This document shows, piece by piece, positions 35,503 to 35,650 of a DNA stretch of 35,650 nt. The notes beneath the pieces are model-generated. The model saw only the letters and a list, made by a program, of their open reading frames with translations, did no database searches and was not told where the DNA came from. Where the stretch lies: assembly GCA_053919585.1 (NCBI GenBank), contig CM132805.1. One strand, given 5' to 3'. The stretch is from Euprymna scolopes (lineage: Eukaryota). A program made the position numbers and the translations under genes. The first letter of the stretch is position 1, and each line of letters opens with the position of its first letter.

Positions 35503-35650
35503 ATTGATTTTTGTTTTTTCATCCAAAATTTTTCAACATATCTCCTTGAAAATTTGCCAAGCAAAATGGAAACAATTACTAATGAATATATTACATTTTA
35601 TTTATTTATTTTTTTTTATTTAAAAACATTTCCACTTAACTTTTATGAAG

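Overview
AT-rich, repeat-dense non-coding DNA from an animal, probably an invertebrate (intergenic or large-intron sequence). I can support no intact protein-coding gene; nearly all ORF-track entries are low-complexity artefacts. Recognisable content: decayed CR1/Jockey-group LINE pieces (APE endonuclease plus RT at 10.6-12.5 kb, and three 3'-end fragments), three 5S-rRNA-derived SINE copies with an RTE-like tail, a stack of non-autonomous Helitrons with head-to-tail CTAG|T junctions, several MITE or fold-back families, and mini- and microsatellites. The main signal is a high density of type I hammerhead-ribozyme (HHR) motifs (CUGANGA...GAAAC...NUH), about ten with recognisable cores plus several remnants, from several sequence-unrelated families. 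Many sit back-to-back as long palindromes. The best preserved is a ~250-bp near-perfect hairpin at 29012-29260 with a complete hammerhead fold on each strand. Many modules end in a shared terminal hairpin, GCTC-N(8-14)-ATTGAGC(ACT), often after AATAAA (7 clear copies in 25.0-29.4 kb). A Schistosoma Sm-alpha-like hammerhead downstream of a B-box lies at 19.7 kb. All alignments and folds were done by eye; no searches were run.
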